Assembly: GCA_044376115.1 (NCBI GenBank)
Contig: JBILLK010000027.1
Coordinates: 32,001-96,000 of the forward strand
Length of the DNA: 64,000 nucleotides
Direction of reading: 5' to 3'
Source: Polyangiaceae bacterium
GTDB lineage: Bacteria > Myxococcota_A > Polyangia > Polyangiales > Polyangiaceae
Shown here: piece by piece, positions 26,667-35,251 of the stretch
Position numbering within the stretch: position 1 is the first letter of the stretch
Layout of the letters: the number at the start of each line of letters is the position of its first letter
The notes under the pieces: model-generated
The model's input: the letters and a program-made list of their open reading frames with translations, nothing else
Database searches by the model: none
What the model was told of the DNA's origin: nothing
Position numbers and translations under genes: made by a program

Positions 26667-27685
26667 ATGAAGAACGAGAAGCTCAACGTCGCGCGCACGT
26701 AGCCTGGGTGAAACGACGCTTGGGCTCCGAGTGGGGGCGGAGCACACTGCGCAAGCAGCTCGAGGCCGGCTTTCGATCGCTGCTGCGAGAGAACGTTGGG
26801 AAGCTGTTTGATGCCGCAGCGCTCGATCGGCTGGTGGATAGCTTCACAGCTGACCCTTGGCTGTCCCAGTCGACGCGGCCGATCTTGCGCACCGCCATCC
26901 TGCTCGAGATGGCGCGGCTGCGCGAGGACCCGAACAAGCTCGCTGCGTATGTTTCGCCCGAGGCGGTCGCGCTGATGAACGAGCTGCTCGCGCGGCCTGG
27001 CCTGTTGCCCGAGAAGTTCGTCAACAAGCTGCTCGGCCATACGGCCTTCGAACAGATCGCGCGCGACGTGCTCGACGACGCGTTGCGCGAGTTCTCCGAG
27101 AAGGTGGATCCGTTTCGCGCCGAGTGGGGTCTGCCCAGCTTGATGAAGCGCGGTGGCACCTTCTCGCTCGGTCTCTCGGCCATGGCCAAAGGCATCGACT
27201 CGATGCGTGACGAGCTGCAAAAGCGAGTCGAACCCGAGCGAAAGCGGTTCTTGCAAGCCTTCGCACGACGCGCGCTCGATACGGTCGCTGAGAACGTCGT
27301 GAAGCGAAGTGACGAGCCGCAGTTCATCGCCGTGCGCACCGAGTTGTTTGCTTGGCTGCTCGAACAGCCGGTGAGTGAGCTCGTTGCTACCCAAGCGCCG
27401 GCCGTCACCGAGCTCTTGGAGAAATTCGGGCATGCCGTTGCGCAGCACAACACGAGCGATGAAGGCGCAAAACGACGACGGCGCGCGCAGATCGATCTGT
27501 TGCTTCGCGCGCACGAGAAGCAGCCGCTCGAGGTTGCGTTGGCCGTCTACGGCGCGAAGCTCGAGCCCGACTTCGACGCCATCGTCGAGGTCGCCTGGCC
27601 GCTCGTGTTGCTGCTACTCGAGACGCCGGCCGTAGAGGCCTTCATCGACGAACTGGTGGGCGGGTTCTACGACGAGCCCGCCTGA
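26663..27685 (+). CDS. All-alpha hypothetical protein
   Basis: ATGA overlap with the hydrolase stop; 340 aa. Confidence 0.7.
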   Translation: MNEEREAQRRAHVAWVKRRLGSEWGRSTLRKQLEAGFRSLLRENVGKLFDAAALDRLVDSFTADPWLSQSTRPILRTAILLEMARLREDPNKLAAYVSPEAVALMNELLARPGLLPEKFVNKLLGHTAFEQIARDVLDDALREFSEKVDPFRAEWGLPSLMKRGGTFSLGLSAMAKGIDSMRDELQKRVEPERKRFLQAFARRALDTVAENVVKRSDEPQFIAVRTELFAWLLEQPVSELVATQAPAVTELLEKFGHAVAQHNTSDEGAKRRRRAQIDLLLRAHEKQPLEVALAVYGAKLEPDFDAIVEVAWPLVLLLLETPAVEAFIDELVGGFYDEPA

Positions 27686-27692
27686 GGGGCGT

Positions 27693-28451
27693 TCAGCCGC
27701 CCAAGTAAGCGCGCTGGATTTCCTCGTTGGCCGCGAGCTCGGCGGAAGGCCCCGACATGGCGATCTCGCCGGTGCGCAACACGTAGGCGCGTTTGGCATA
27801 GCGCAGCGCCAGCCGGGTGTTCTGCTCGACCAGCAGGATGGTGGTCCCGGAAGCGGCAACGCGCGCCACCGCCTCGAAGATTTGTTGCACCAGCTTGGGC
27901 GCGATCCCGAGCGAAGGCTCATCGAGCAGGAGCATCGCCGGGCGGGCCATCAACGCTCGACCGATCGCCAACATCTGTTGCTCGCCGCCGGAGAGCGTGC
28001 CGGCCTCCTGCTTCATGCGCTCGCCCAAGCGCGGAAACAGGCCAACCACGTCCTCGATGGTCTCGGCCATGAAGGCTTTGTTCTTGTGGTTGAAGGCACC
28101 GAGCTCGAGGTTCTCCTTCACTGTGAGCCCGCCAAAGATCGCGCGACCTTCAGGCACGAGCGAGATGCCGGCCTCCACGGTTTCCTCGACGCTCTTCTGC
28201 GCGAGGTCCTCACCGTCGTAGCGAACGCTACCGGCCGCGGCTGGGAGCAGCCGCACGACCGTCTTGAGCGTGGTGGACTTGCCAGCGCCGTTGGCGCCGA
28301 TCATCGCCACGATCTCCCCGCGCTTTACCTCGAGGTCGATGCCTTTGAGCGCCTTGATGCCGCCGTACGACACCGCGAGCCCCTGGATCGAAAGCAGCAC
28401 CTCGCCTGTCTTGCACCTGGGCTCGGGCCTCGTCGGATGGACCGTCTTCAT
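27693..28451 (-). CDS. livF: Branched-chain amino acid ABC ATPase
   Basis: GANGAGKST, VPEGR, LSGGEQQM, LLDEPSLG, VEQN. Confidence 0.93.
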   Translation of the reverse strand: MKTVHPTRPEPRCKTGEVLLSIQGLAVSYGGIKALKGIDLEVKRGEIVAMIGANGAGKSTTLKTVVRLLPAAAGSVRYDGEDLAQKSVEETVEAGISLVPEGRAIFGGLTVKENLELGAFNHKNKAFMAETIEDVVGLFPRLGERMKQEAGTLSGGEQQMLAIGRALMARPAMLLLDEPSLGIAPKLVQQIFEAVARVAASGTTILLVEQNTRLALRYAKRAYVLRTGEIAMSGPSAELAANEEIQRAYLGG

Positions 28452-29254
28452 CCTGCTGCTGCCTCACCGGCGTTCGATTCGTCGGGCTCTTCACCCAAGT
28501 ACGCCGCCAACACCTTGGGGTGCTTTTTGATCTCGGAGGGAACTCCGTGCGCGATCGTCTCACCGTGATCGAGCACGTGAATGTCTTCGCACACGCCCAT
28601 CACCACCTGCATGTTGTGCTCGACCAAGATCACCGTCAGCTTGAACTCGTCGCGCAACCAGCGGATCTGCTCTTTGAGGCCCTCGGCTTCCCCGTAGTTC
28701 ATACCGGCGGCAGGCTCATCGAGCAGGAGCAGCTTGGGCTTGAGCATCATCGCTCGAGCGATCTCCAAGCGACGTTGGTTGCCGTAGGAGAGCGAGGTGG
28801 ATTGCTCATGGGCCAGCCCGTCGAGCTTGAAGATGGCGAGGAGCTTGAGCGCTTCCTCCTCCATCGTGACCTCGTCGCTGAAGAAGCTCGGCGTGCGCAA
28901 GATGGCCGCCCCAAGGTGCGCCTTCCGCGTGTTCTCGCAGGCGACGAGCACGTTCTCGAGCACCGTCATGCTCTGAAACAGCCGAATGTTTTGGAACGTC
29001 CGAGCGATGCCGATGCGCGCGATCTCAGCGGGCTTGCGCTTGGCCAAGTTCACACCGTCAAACACGATCGAGCCCTCGAAGTCGTAGACGCCGGTGACCA
29101 GATTGAAGACTGTTGTCTTGCCCGCTCCGTTGGGTCCGATCAGGCCGAAGATGCTCTGCGCCGGCACCTCGAACGAGACGTTACTGACGGCTTTGAGTCC
29201 GCCGAACCGCTTCGACACGCCGGCCAAGCGAAGTGTGCCCTTGCCCGCGCTCAT
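28448..29254 (-). CDS. livG: Branched-chain amino acid ABC ATPase
   Basis: GPNGAGKTT, ARTFQNIRLF, LSYGNQR, DEPAAG, EH. Confidence 0.93.
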   Translation of the reverse strand: MSAGKGTLRLAGVSKRFGGLKAVSNVSFEVPAQSIFGLIGPNGAGKTTVFNLVTGVYDFEGSIVFDGVNLAKRKPAEIARIGIARTFQNIRLFQSMTVLENVLVACENTRKAHLGAAILRTPSFFSDEVTMEEEALKLLAIFKLDGLAHEQSTSLSYGNQRRLEIARAMMLKPKLLLLDEPAAGMNYGEAEGLKEQIRWLRDEFKLTVILVEHNMQVVMGVCEDIHVLDHGETIAHGVPSEIKKHPKVLAAYLGEEPDESNAGEAAAG

Positions 29255-30387
29255 GTGCTCGCGGCCTCGGCTGGTTCCGCTTCACGTCGCGCGCCCGGAG
29301 GCTTCGATCGGGTCGGGCCTTGCGGCTTGACGATCTCATTTTCGCCGAAGGCGCCAGAAGGCCGCACGATCATCAGCACCACCAGCACCACCGCGTACAC
29401 GACCATGCGCAGCGCGTTGAGGTCGAACTCGGGGTGAGCGACCTTCCAAGTCTCGATCGCGTCGAGGCGTTGGAGCTGCTCGATCATCTTCACCGTGACA
29501 GTGACGAAGATTCCTCCGAGCACTGCGCCGCTGACGCTGCCTGAGCCGCCGAGGATGACCATGGTGATGGCATCGAAGGAGTAGGCAAAGTTGAACTGCT
29601 CTGGCTGCACGGTTGGATTGCCGTCGCGCATGCCGGCAAGAAGCGCCCCTGCGATACCAGCGCCCATCGACGAAATCACGAAGGAGACGACCTTGTAGCG
29701 CGTCGGGTCTACGCCCACCGCCGCGGCTGCGATCTCATCCTCTCGCAGCGCGCGCAAAGCCCGGCCCCATCCCGAGAACTTGAGCCGCCAGGCGAGCACC
29801 GTGGCCAACATCACTCCACCGACGATCCAAAAAGGCCCGGCGTATTGCGCGATCCCGAAGTCCTTTGGTCCGGCATAGCCTTGCGGCCCACCGAGGTTCG
29901 AAAGCCAGCTGCGCAGCCCGGTCGCGCCGGTGCCGGGTGAAGAGGTGGAGATAAGCAGCCTGAAGATCTCGGCAAATCCGAGCGTGACGATGGCAAGGTA
30001 GTCCCCCTTCAAGCGGAGGCTCGGCAGCCCGACCAACAAGCCGAAGAACGCCGATACGATGGCAGCCGCAAGAATGGCCGGCGGCATCACCAGGAACGAG
30101 TTGCCGAAGGTGACCTCGGTAGCGCCGAGCGATGCGTGAATGTTGCTGGCAACGATGGCCGACGTGTACGCGCCCACGCCCACGAACCCCGCGTGGCCAA
30201 TCGAAAATTGCCCAGCCATGCCGTTGATGACGTTCAGCGACAACGCCACCACCACGTTCACGAGCGCCAGGGTGAACAGCTGCCGAAAGGCCGTGTCGGC
30301 GATGACCTTGTCCAAAAGAAACTCGGAGGCCACGGCGATCGCGAGCATCAACACGACCGTGACCAGACGTTTGGCTGTGGACGGCAT
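29251..30387 (-). CDS. livM: Branched-chain amino acid ABC permease
   Basis: GMAGQFSIGHAGF, RLKGDYLAIVTLGF, ILGGSGS; TGATG overlap with sspB. Confidence 0.9.
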   Translation of the reverse strand: MPSTAKRLVTVVLMLAIAVASEFLLDKVIADTAFRQLFTLALVNVVVALSLNVINGMAGQFSIGHAGFVGVGAYTSAIVASNIHASLGATEVTFGNSFLVMPPAILAAAIVSAFFGLLVGLPSLRLKGDYLAIVTLGFAEIFRLLISTSSPGTGATGLRSWLSNLGGPQGYAGPKDFGIAQYAGPFWIVGGVMLATVLAWRLKFSGWGRALRALREDEIAAAAVGVDPTRYKVVSFVISSMGAGIAGALLAGMRDGNPTVQPEQFNFAYSFDAITMVILGGSGSVSGAVLGGIFVTVTVKMIEQLQRLDAIETWKVAHPEFDLNALRMVVYAVVLVVLMIVRPSGAFGENEIVKPQGPTRSKPPGARREAEPAEAAST

Positions 30388-31016
30388 CACTTCACCACAC
30401 GCAAATAGGGAGGAAGCTTGCGGCGTGCTTTGCCGGCCTCCTGAGGCTCGTTGCTTTCGGAGCCTGTTCTCGTTTCATCGGCCTGGTCGGCGGCGTTTGG
30501 CTTGGTCACAGCCTCTTGCCTTCGCGCGTCGATTTTTCCTTTGCTGGCCCGTGAACCACGTCGTTCGGAGCCCTCCTCCGATTGCGGCGGATCGAGCGGC
30601 AACTCTTGTTGGACGCCCTTGCCCGCCGGCCGATCGAGCGTGCGAGCGAGCTGCGGTTTCGTGCGCTGCGGCTTCAGCAGCTGGCTCTCGAGCGGTACGT
30701 CCTCGGGCCAAACCACGCCTCTACCGTTGACGTCGCTGACGACCGCAAAGATCACCGACCACGGCATTTTGCACCAAAACGGTGAGCGATTGAAACTGAG
30801 GGTGCAGCTGACGGCCTCGGCCGTCACGAGCAGGTCGGGGATGGGCGGGCTGAGCGAATAGCCAACACGTAAAACGAGCTCGGGCTGTTTGGCGAACCAC
30901 GCCGGCACAACAGCGCCTTCGCGTCTCGGATCGATGAAGAGCCTCGCGCTCCCATTTTTCAGGAAGCTGTCGAGGACGTCCTTCTTCGGCGGCAGCTTTC
31001 CCGGCGGCTGTTCCAT
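30387..31016 (-). CDS. sspB: ClpXP adaptor SspB-like protein
   Basis: VVP...L.L...IPDL.V....VSCTLSF...F.C.MPW..IFA core, disordered linker, C-terminal LRVVK ClpX-binding motif. Confidence 0.8.
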   Translation of the reverse strand: MEQPPGKLPPKKDVLDSFLKNGSARLFIDPRREGAVVPAWFAKQPELVLRVGYSLSPPIPDLLVTAEAVSCTLSFNRSPFWCKMPWSVIFAVVSDVNGRGVVWPEDVPLESQLLKPQRTKPQLARTLDRPAGKGVQQELPLDPPQSEEGSERRGSRASKGKIDARRQEAVTKPNAADQADETRTGSESNEPQEAGKARRKLPPYLRVVK

Positions 31017-31127
31017 CAACAAGGGTCGGAGCCTACTGGACCTGAGACCAAACCAAAAGTCTGAGTCGGTCGCCTTCCCTCTCTGCGCTGCGCAAAAGCT
31101 TGGTAGCGTCTTTGGCCGGAGGATTCT

Positions 31128-32852
31128 GTGAATCAAGGCGACGGTGGAAATGGTGGGCCGAACGGGCCGTACGGGCCGGGGCCTGCGCAAGGCGGAGGTC
31201 CTCAAGGCTACGGGCCGCCTCCGGGTGCAACGGGTGGTTACGGCCCACCGCCGGGTTACGGTCCTCCACCTCAAGGTGGATACGGTCCTCCTCCCGCATA
31301 CGGTCCACCCAGTGGCCCACCGCCTGGCTACGGTCCACCCGGTGGTCCTCCTCCTCCCGCATACGGTCCACCGGGGGGGCCACCGCCTGGTTACGGCCCG
31401 CCGCCTGGCTACGGGGGAGCACCACCGGGATACGGGGCACCGCCAGGCCCGCCTGGCTGGGGACCACCGCCAGGGCCGCCCGGCTGGGGAGGCGCGCCCT
31501 ACGGTGGAGGAGCGCCGTTCGGTTCGGCTGGCGCGCCGTTCGGTTCGGCCGCGTACGGATATAGACCAGGTCCGCCGCCCAAGAGTTCTCCGGTCGCCGG
31601 CGGCATCGCGTTGGCGTGTGGTGGCCTATTCATCGCGCTGATCGCGATCGCGGTTTGGTTTGATACAGCCTACTCAGGCTTCGGGTCGGCCGCCGGTAGC
31701 GCCTTTTTCCTCGCCGGTAGCGCGGCCTTGGTGTTGTGGGGCGTCGCCCGCGCCATGGAGAAGAAGCCGCCGCTTTGGGCCTACGGCGCGGCCGTCGGCG
31801 GAAGCTTCCTGCTGTTCACTGCGATCGGCCCTTCGGTGAGCACCTCGAGCAAAGTCTCGAGCGAGAAGCGGCTGTATGAGGAATGCTCCAAGTCGACCAA
31901 CGCCAGCGACTGGAAGTACAAGTACGAGTCGAAGGTCCCCGAGCAGTTCCAACGCAAAGAGTGGCGTTTGGAGTGGATGCGAGCCCGCATCCGCGAGGCC
32001 AAGTCGGCTCGCCGCGTTCCTGATCTCCGCACCATCGCCAACGAATGTGAGGAGGCTGGGGACCACAAGGACCTGCTCGAGCCCGCCAAAGAAGAGTCGA
32101 TTGCCGCGCTGAAGACCTTCTACGACGCCGGCAAGGAGAAGATGTTCGCGGCCAAAACGGGCAGCACCGAGTTTCCAATCGACAACGCTCTGCGCGAGGG
32201 CTTCGCGGTGGTGATCGATGAGCTGGCTCGCTCAAAAGATCCGAACGTCTATGTGCTGTTCAAGAACAGCGCCAATCTCGCGGAGCCGCCGCTGCAGAAG
32301 CGGGCCTACCAAGAGATCCAGGAAGATGCACAAGTGCGAGCCGCCTTCCCCAACGGCAAAGCTCCCGAGATCCCGACGGGTGAAGCCTTTGCGCCGAAGT
32401 TCGACTCGCGCCGCCAAACCACGTTTCTTCAGGCGATGACGGAGTCCTTCGGTCGGGTCTTCGAGGCAGACCTGCTGACACTCGCGCCGCTCTCCGCAGC
32501 GGAAGGGCGCAAGAAGAAGATCGTCATTGAGGTGTCCTCGAGCATTCGCCGTGTGCCCGACTACTTCGTCTACACCACGGGTGAAAACAAGCGCGTGGCC
32601 GGCCTGCTGTTCAACTTCGAGGTGGATTGGGAGTTTGAGCTGTTCTCGAACACGGGGCGCTCGCTGTACAAAGCTCCTCGCACCATCAGCCAACCCTCGG
32701 ACGCCCGCTTCGACGCGGAGCCGGGCTCGCCGGATTGGGTGCCCTACAGCATCATGATGGACTCGGCGTACTTCAACTACAGCCGGGAAGTCACAGGGCG
32801 CTTTGGCTTGGTGCCGCCGCCCAAGAAAGACTTCTTCGTCTTTACCAAGTAG
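31128..32852 (+). CDS. Membrane protein with Pro/Gly/Tyr low-complexity N-terminus, 3 TM helices and soluble C-domain
   Basis: GGAGG SD before GTG; about 150 aa of YGPPPG-type repeats, then three hydrophobic segments. Confidence 0.8.
   Translation: MNQGDGGNGGPNGPYGPGPAQGGGPQGYGPPPGATGGYGPPPGYGPPPQGGYGPPPAYGPPSGPPPGYGPPGGPPPPAYGPPGGPPPGYGPPPGYGGAPPGYGAPPGPPGWGPPPGPPGWGGAPYGGGAPFGSAGAPFGSAAYGYRPGPPPKSSPVAGGIALACGGLFIALIAIAVWFDTAYSGFGSAAGSAFFLAGSAALVLWGVARAMEKKPPLWAYGAAVGGSFLLFTAIGPSVSTSSKVSSEKRLYEECSKSTNASDWKYKYESKVPEQFQRKEWRLEWMRARIREAKSARRVPDLRTIANECEEAGDHKDLLEPAKEESIAALKTFYDAGKEKMFAAKTGSTEFPIDNALREGFAVVIDELARSKDPNVYVLFKNSANLAEPPLQKRAYQEIQEDAQVRAAFPNGKAPEIPTGEAFAPKFDSRRQTTFLQAMTESFGRVFEADLLTLAPLSAAEGRKKKIVIEVSSSIRRVPDYFVYTTGENKRVAGLLFNFEVDWEFELFSNTGRSLYKAPRTISQPSDARFDAEPGSPDWVPYSIMMDSAYFNYSREVTGRFGLVPPPKKDFFVFTK
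31165..31580 (+). repeat. Degenerate coding repeats (YGPPPG)n
   Basis: Recurrent TACGG(T/C)CC units with synonymous variation and irregular spacing. Confidence 0.7.
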
Positions 32853-32884
32853 CGGACGGCCGAACAGCAAGAAGAACAAGAAGA

Positions 32885-32918
32885 AAAGGCTCACCTTCCT
32901 CGTGGACGGTGAGCCTTT
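32885..32918. terminator. Bidirectional terminator between convergent genes
   Basis: Perfect 11-bp arms AAAGGCTCACC / GGTGAGCCTTT with an A-rich left flank and T-rich right flank. Confidence 0.8.
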
Positions 32919-32937
32919 GATTTTCTGCGAGAGGGAA

Positions 32938-33528
32938 TCAGGAGTCGGTGGAGCGCTTCTGCCGGCGCTTCAGCGGTCGCCGCGGTTTGCGCTTCGCGGG
33001 CGGCGGGGAGTCATCCTTCGTCACCTCCGGCTCTGGCTCGCGGTTCACTGGCTTCGACAAGCTGACCTGCTTCTTCGGCTTGGGTTCCGATGATGCAACG
33101 CTCTCCTCACGATCGCGCAGGTCCTTCTCCTTGCTCTTGAGCTTGGGCTTGTCCTTCGACTTCTTGCCCTTGCTCGAGGCAACTTTGTGCGGCCGCGAGG
33201 CGTGCTTGTCGGCTTTCGCGACCTTGCTCTTGCTCTTTGCCTTGGGAGCGCCCTTGGCCTTGGCTTTGGTCGACTTCTTGAGCTTCGCCTTGGTCTTGCT
33301 CTTCTTGTGCTTCTTCGGCGCAACCTGCTCGGCCTCCTCGCTGTCGAGAGCCTCCTTGGCTACGGCCTGAAGCCCTTCCTCATCGGCATCCACGAGGATC
33401 GGAACCTGTTCAGGCTCCTCCGCGAGGGCAGGGAGGGGCACAGCAAGCGGCAGAAGGGAAAGGAGTCCACCAAGGGACCAACGAAGAATTCGGCTGGGGC
33501 GCACGTCAATAGAAGGCCACAGTCGCAA
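32938..33528 (-). CDS. Lys-rich low-complexity protein with signal-peptide-like N-terminus
   Basis: LLSLLPLAVPLPALA|EE, acidic block, then long K/S/A-rich tract using AAG codons. Start uncertain. Confidence 0.6.
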   Translation of the reverse strand: MRLWPSIDVRPSRILRWSLGGLLSLLPLAVPLPALAEEPEQVPILVDADEEGLQAVAKEALDSEEAEQVAPKKHKKSKTKAKLKKSTKAKAKGAPKAKSKSKVAKADKHASRPHKVASSKGKKSKDKPKLKSKEKDLRDREESVASSEPKPKKQVSLSKPVNREPEPEVTKDDSPPPAKRKPRRPLKRRQKRSTDS

Positions 33529-33583
33529 AAAGTGGCCAACTTTCGCTTGCTACTTTTTCTCGCGCTTGCCGCGAGTTGGCGGC

Positions 33584-34840
33584 TCAGTCCGCGGAAAGTA
33601 CGAGCGTTGCGTTGGTGCCGCCGAAGCCAAACGAGTTGGACATCGCGTAGCGGACGTCTGCGCTGCTGGGCGCGGTGAGCGGCGGATAATCCGTGAGCTC
33701 GGGGTCGAGCGGCGTTGCATTCACGCTGGGCGCGAGCCACTTGCCGCGCAACATCATCATCGTGAAGATCGCCTCGACCACGCCAGCGGCCGAGATGGTG
33801 TGACCAGTGTAACCCTTGGTTGAAGAGTACGGAACGTAGCGTGCGCCGAAGAGCTCGCGCATCGCGCGCACCTCACTCACATCTCCGAGCGGCGTCGAGG
33901 TGCCGTGCGTGTTTACGTAGCCGATGTCGCTAGGCCCGAGGCCTGCGTGAGTCAGCGCGCTCTTCATCGACTGCAGCGCCCCAGTTGCAGCCGGGGCGAC
34001 CATCTCGCCTTGGCCGTCGCTCGACATGCCAAATCCGCGGATCACGCCCAGGATGGGCGCTCCGCGCTGTTCAGCGTCGTCGCGCCGTTCGAGCACGACC
34101 GCCCCTGACCCCTCCGAAAAGATGAAGCCAGCGCGGTCCGCTGCATAGGGCCTTGAAGCGCGCTCCGGGCTGTCATTGTCCCGGCCGTTGTAAGCGCCCA
34201 TCGCGTCAAACCCGGCGAAGAAATGTGAGTCGCAGACCTCCACTCCGCCGGCCAGGGCCGCACGCACATGCCCCGACTTGATCAAGCTGCTGGCGAGCAG
34301 GACGTTGTAAGCGCCGCCCGCGCAGGCCGCGGTAGCCGTGAAGGACGGCCCGGTAGTGCGCAGCACGTTCACCAAATTGGCCGACACGGTGGAGGCCATC
34401 AGCTTGGGGATCACCGTGGGGCTGACTTTCTTGGCGTCGCTCGTTTCATCGAGTTTGCGTCGCACTTCGATGTGAGTTTCCACGTCACCGGTTCCCGAAC
34501 CCACCACGACCGCGACTTCTCGTCGAGCCAGGTGAGGCAGCGACGAGTCGAACAGGGCGCTCTCGCTCAGCGCGTTTTGGGCGGCCTTCAGCAACACCCT
34601 CGAGCCACGACCCATGAAGCGAGCGAGCTTCTTGTTGATGCCGAGGGCCGCGTCGGAGACATCTCCGCGATACTGCCCGATGACCTGGCAACGCGCGGCG
34701 AGCGACAACGCCAACGGCCAGCGTTCGAAGGGGAGGTTGGTCCCAGCTTTGAGATGCTGCTCGATGACCCGCAGGTCGTCGCCCATGTTGCAACAGACCC
34801 CAACGCCGGTTACGACGACGTCGTCCCTCGAATCGCCCAT
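33584..34840 (-). CDS. fabB: Beta-ketoacyl-ACP synthase (FabB-like)
   Basis: Cys-His-His triad: AACAGG, HGTSTPLGD, KGYTGH; MASTVSANL, MVAP, SNSFGFGGTN. Confidence 0.85.
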   Translation of the reverse strand: MGDSRDDVVVTGVGVCCNMGDDLRVIEQHLKAGTNLPFERWPLALSLAARCQVIGQYRGDVSDAALGINKKLARFMGRGSRVLLKAAQNALSESALFDSSLPHLARREVAVVVGSGTGDVETHIEVRRKLDETSDAKKVSPTVIPKLMASTVSANLVNVLRTTGPSFTATAACAGGAYNVLLASSLIKSGHVRAALAGGVEVCDSHFFAGFDAMGAYNGRDNDSPERASRPYAADRAGFIFSEGSGAVVLERRDDAEQRGAPILGVIRGFGMSSDGQGEMVAPAATGALQSMKSALTHAGLGPSDIGYVNTHGTSTPLGDVSEVRAMRELFGARYVPYSSTKGYTGHTISAAGVVEAIFTMMMLRGKWLAPSVNATPLDPELTDYPPLTAPSSADVRYAMSNSFGFGGTNATLVLSAD

Positions 34841-34931
34841 ACGAGGCAGCTCGTTACCATGAACTGGCGGCGGGAAAAGGTGAAAAGAGGGCTCGCAATC
34901 GTCCGCGGATTGTAGAACCCTACGACTCATT

Positions 34932-35243
34932 ATGCCCGGGCGAATCGAGAGCCACGGTGAGATCGAAACGATCATTTTCGGCGACGGTCAAAAGCTGTCC
35001 GCGGGTGATCGAATCGGTCTCGTATTTCGCGCGATTGACGATCCGGACCCGCCGGTCTCCGTGATCATTCATTCGCCGAACGGCCAAAGGATCATTGAGA
35101 AGGTGCTGCGTGAGTTGCCCACCGGTAAGCCGCAAAGCGCACCGCCGGTAGAGTTCATTCCATCGACCAAAGGCAACTACCAAGTCGAAGTGAAAGAGCT
35201 TCGTGGCAAGCAGCGCGGTTCGGCGACCCTGACCATCTCGTAA
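34932..35243 (+). CDS. Small beta-rich hypothetical protein
   Basis: 103 aa; GNYQVEV strand pattern; ends 8 nt before the MMPL gene. Confidence 0.65.
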   Translation: MPGRIESHGEIETIIFGDGQKLSAGDRIGLVFRAIDDPDPPVSVIIHSPNGQRIIEKVLRELPTGKPQSAPPVEFIPSTKGNYQVEVKELRGKQRGSATLTIS

Positions 35244-35251
35244 AGCACCCC

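Noticed and set aside
31165..31580. Possible CRISPR or non-coding repeat array
   Set aside because: Repeats vary at synonymous positions and have irregular spacing; they encode a Pro/Gly tract.
33584..34840. Type II PKS / aryl polyene cluster
   Set aside because: Single KAS with no ACP, chain-length factor or reductase nearby.
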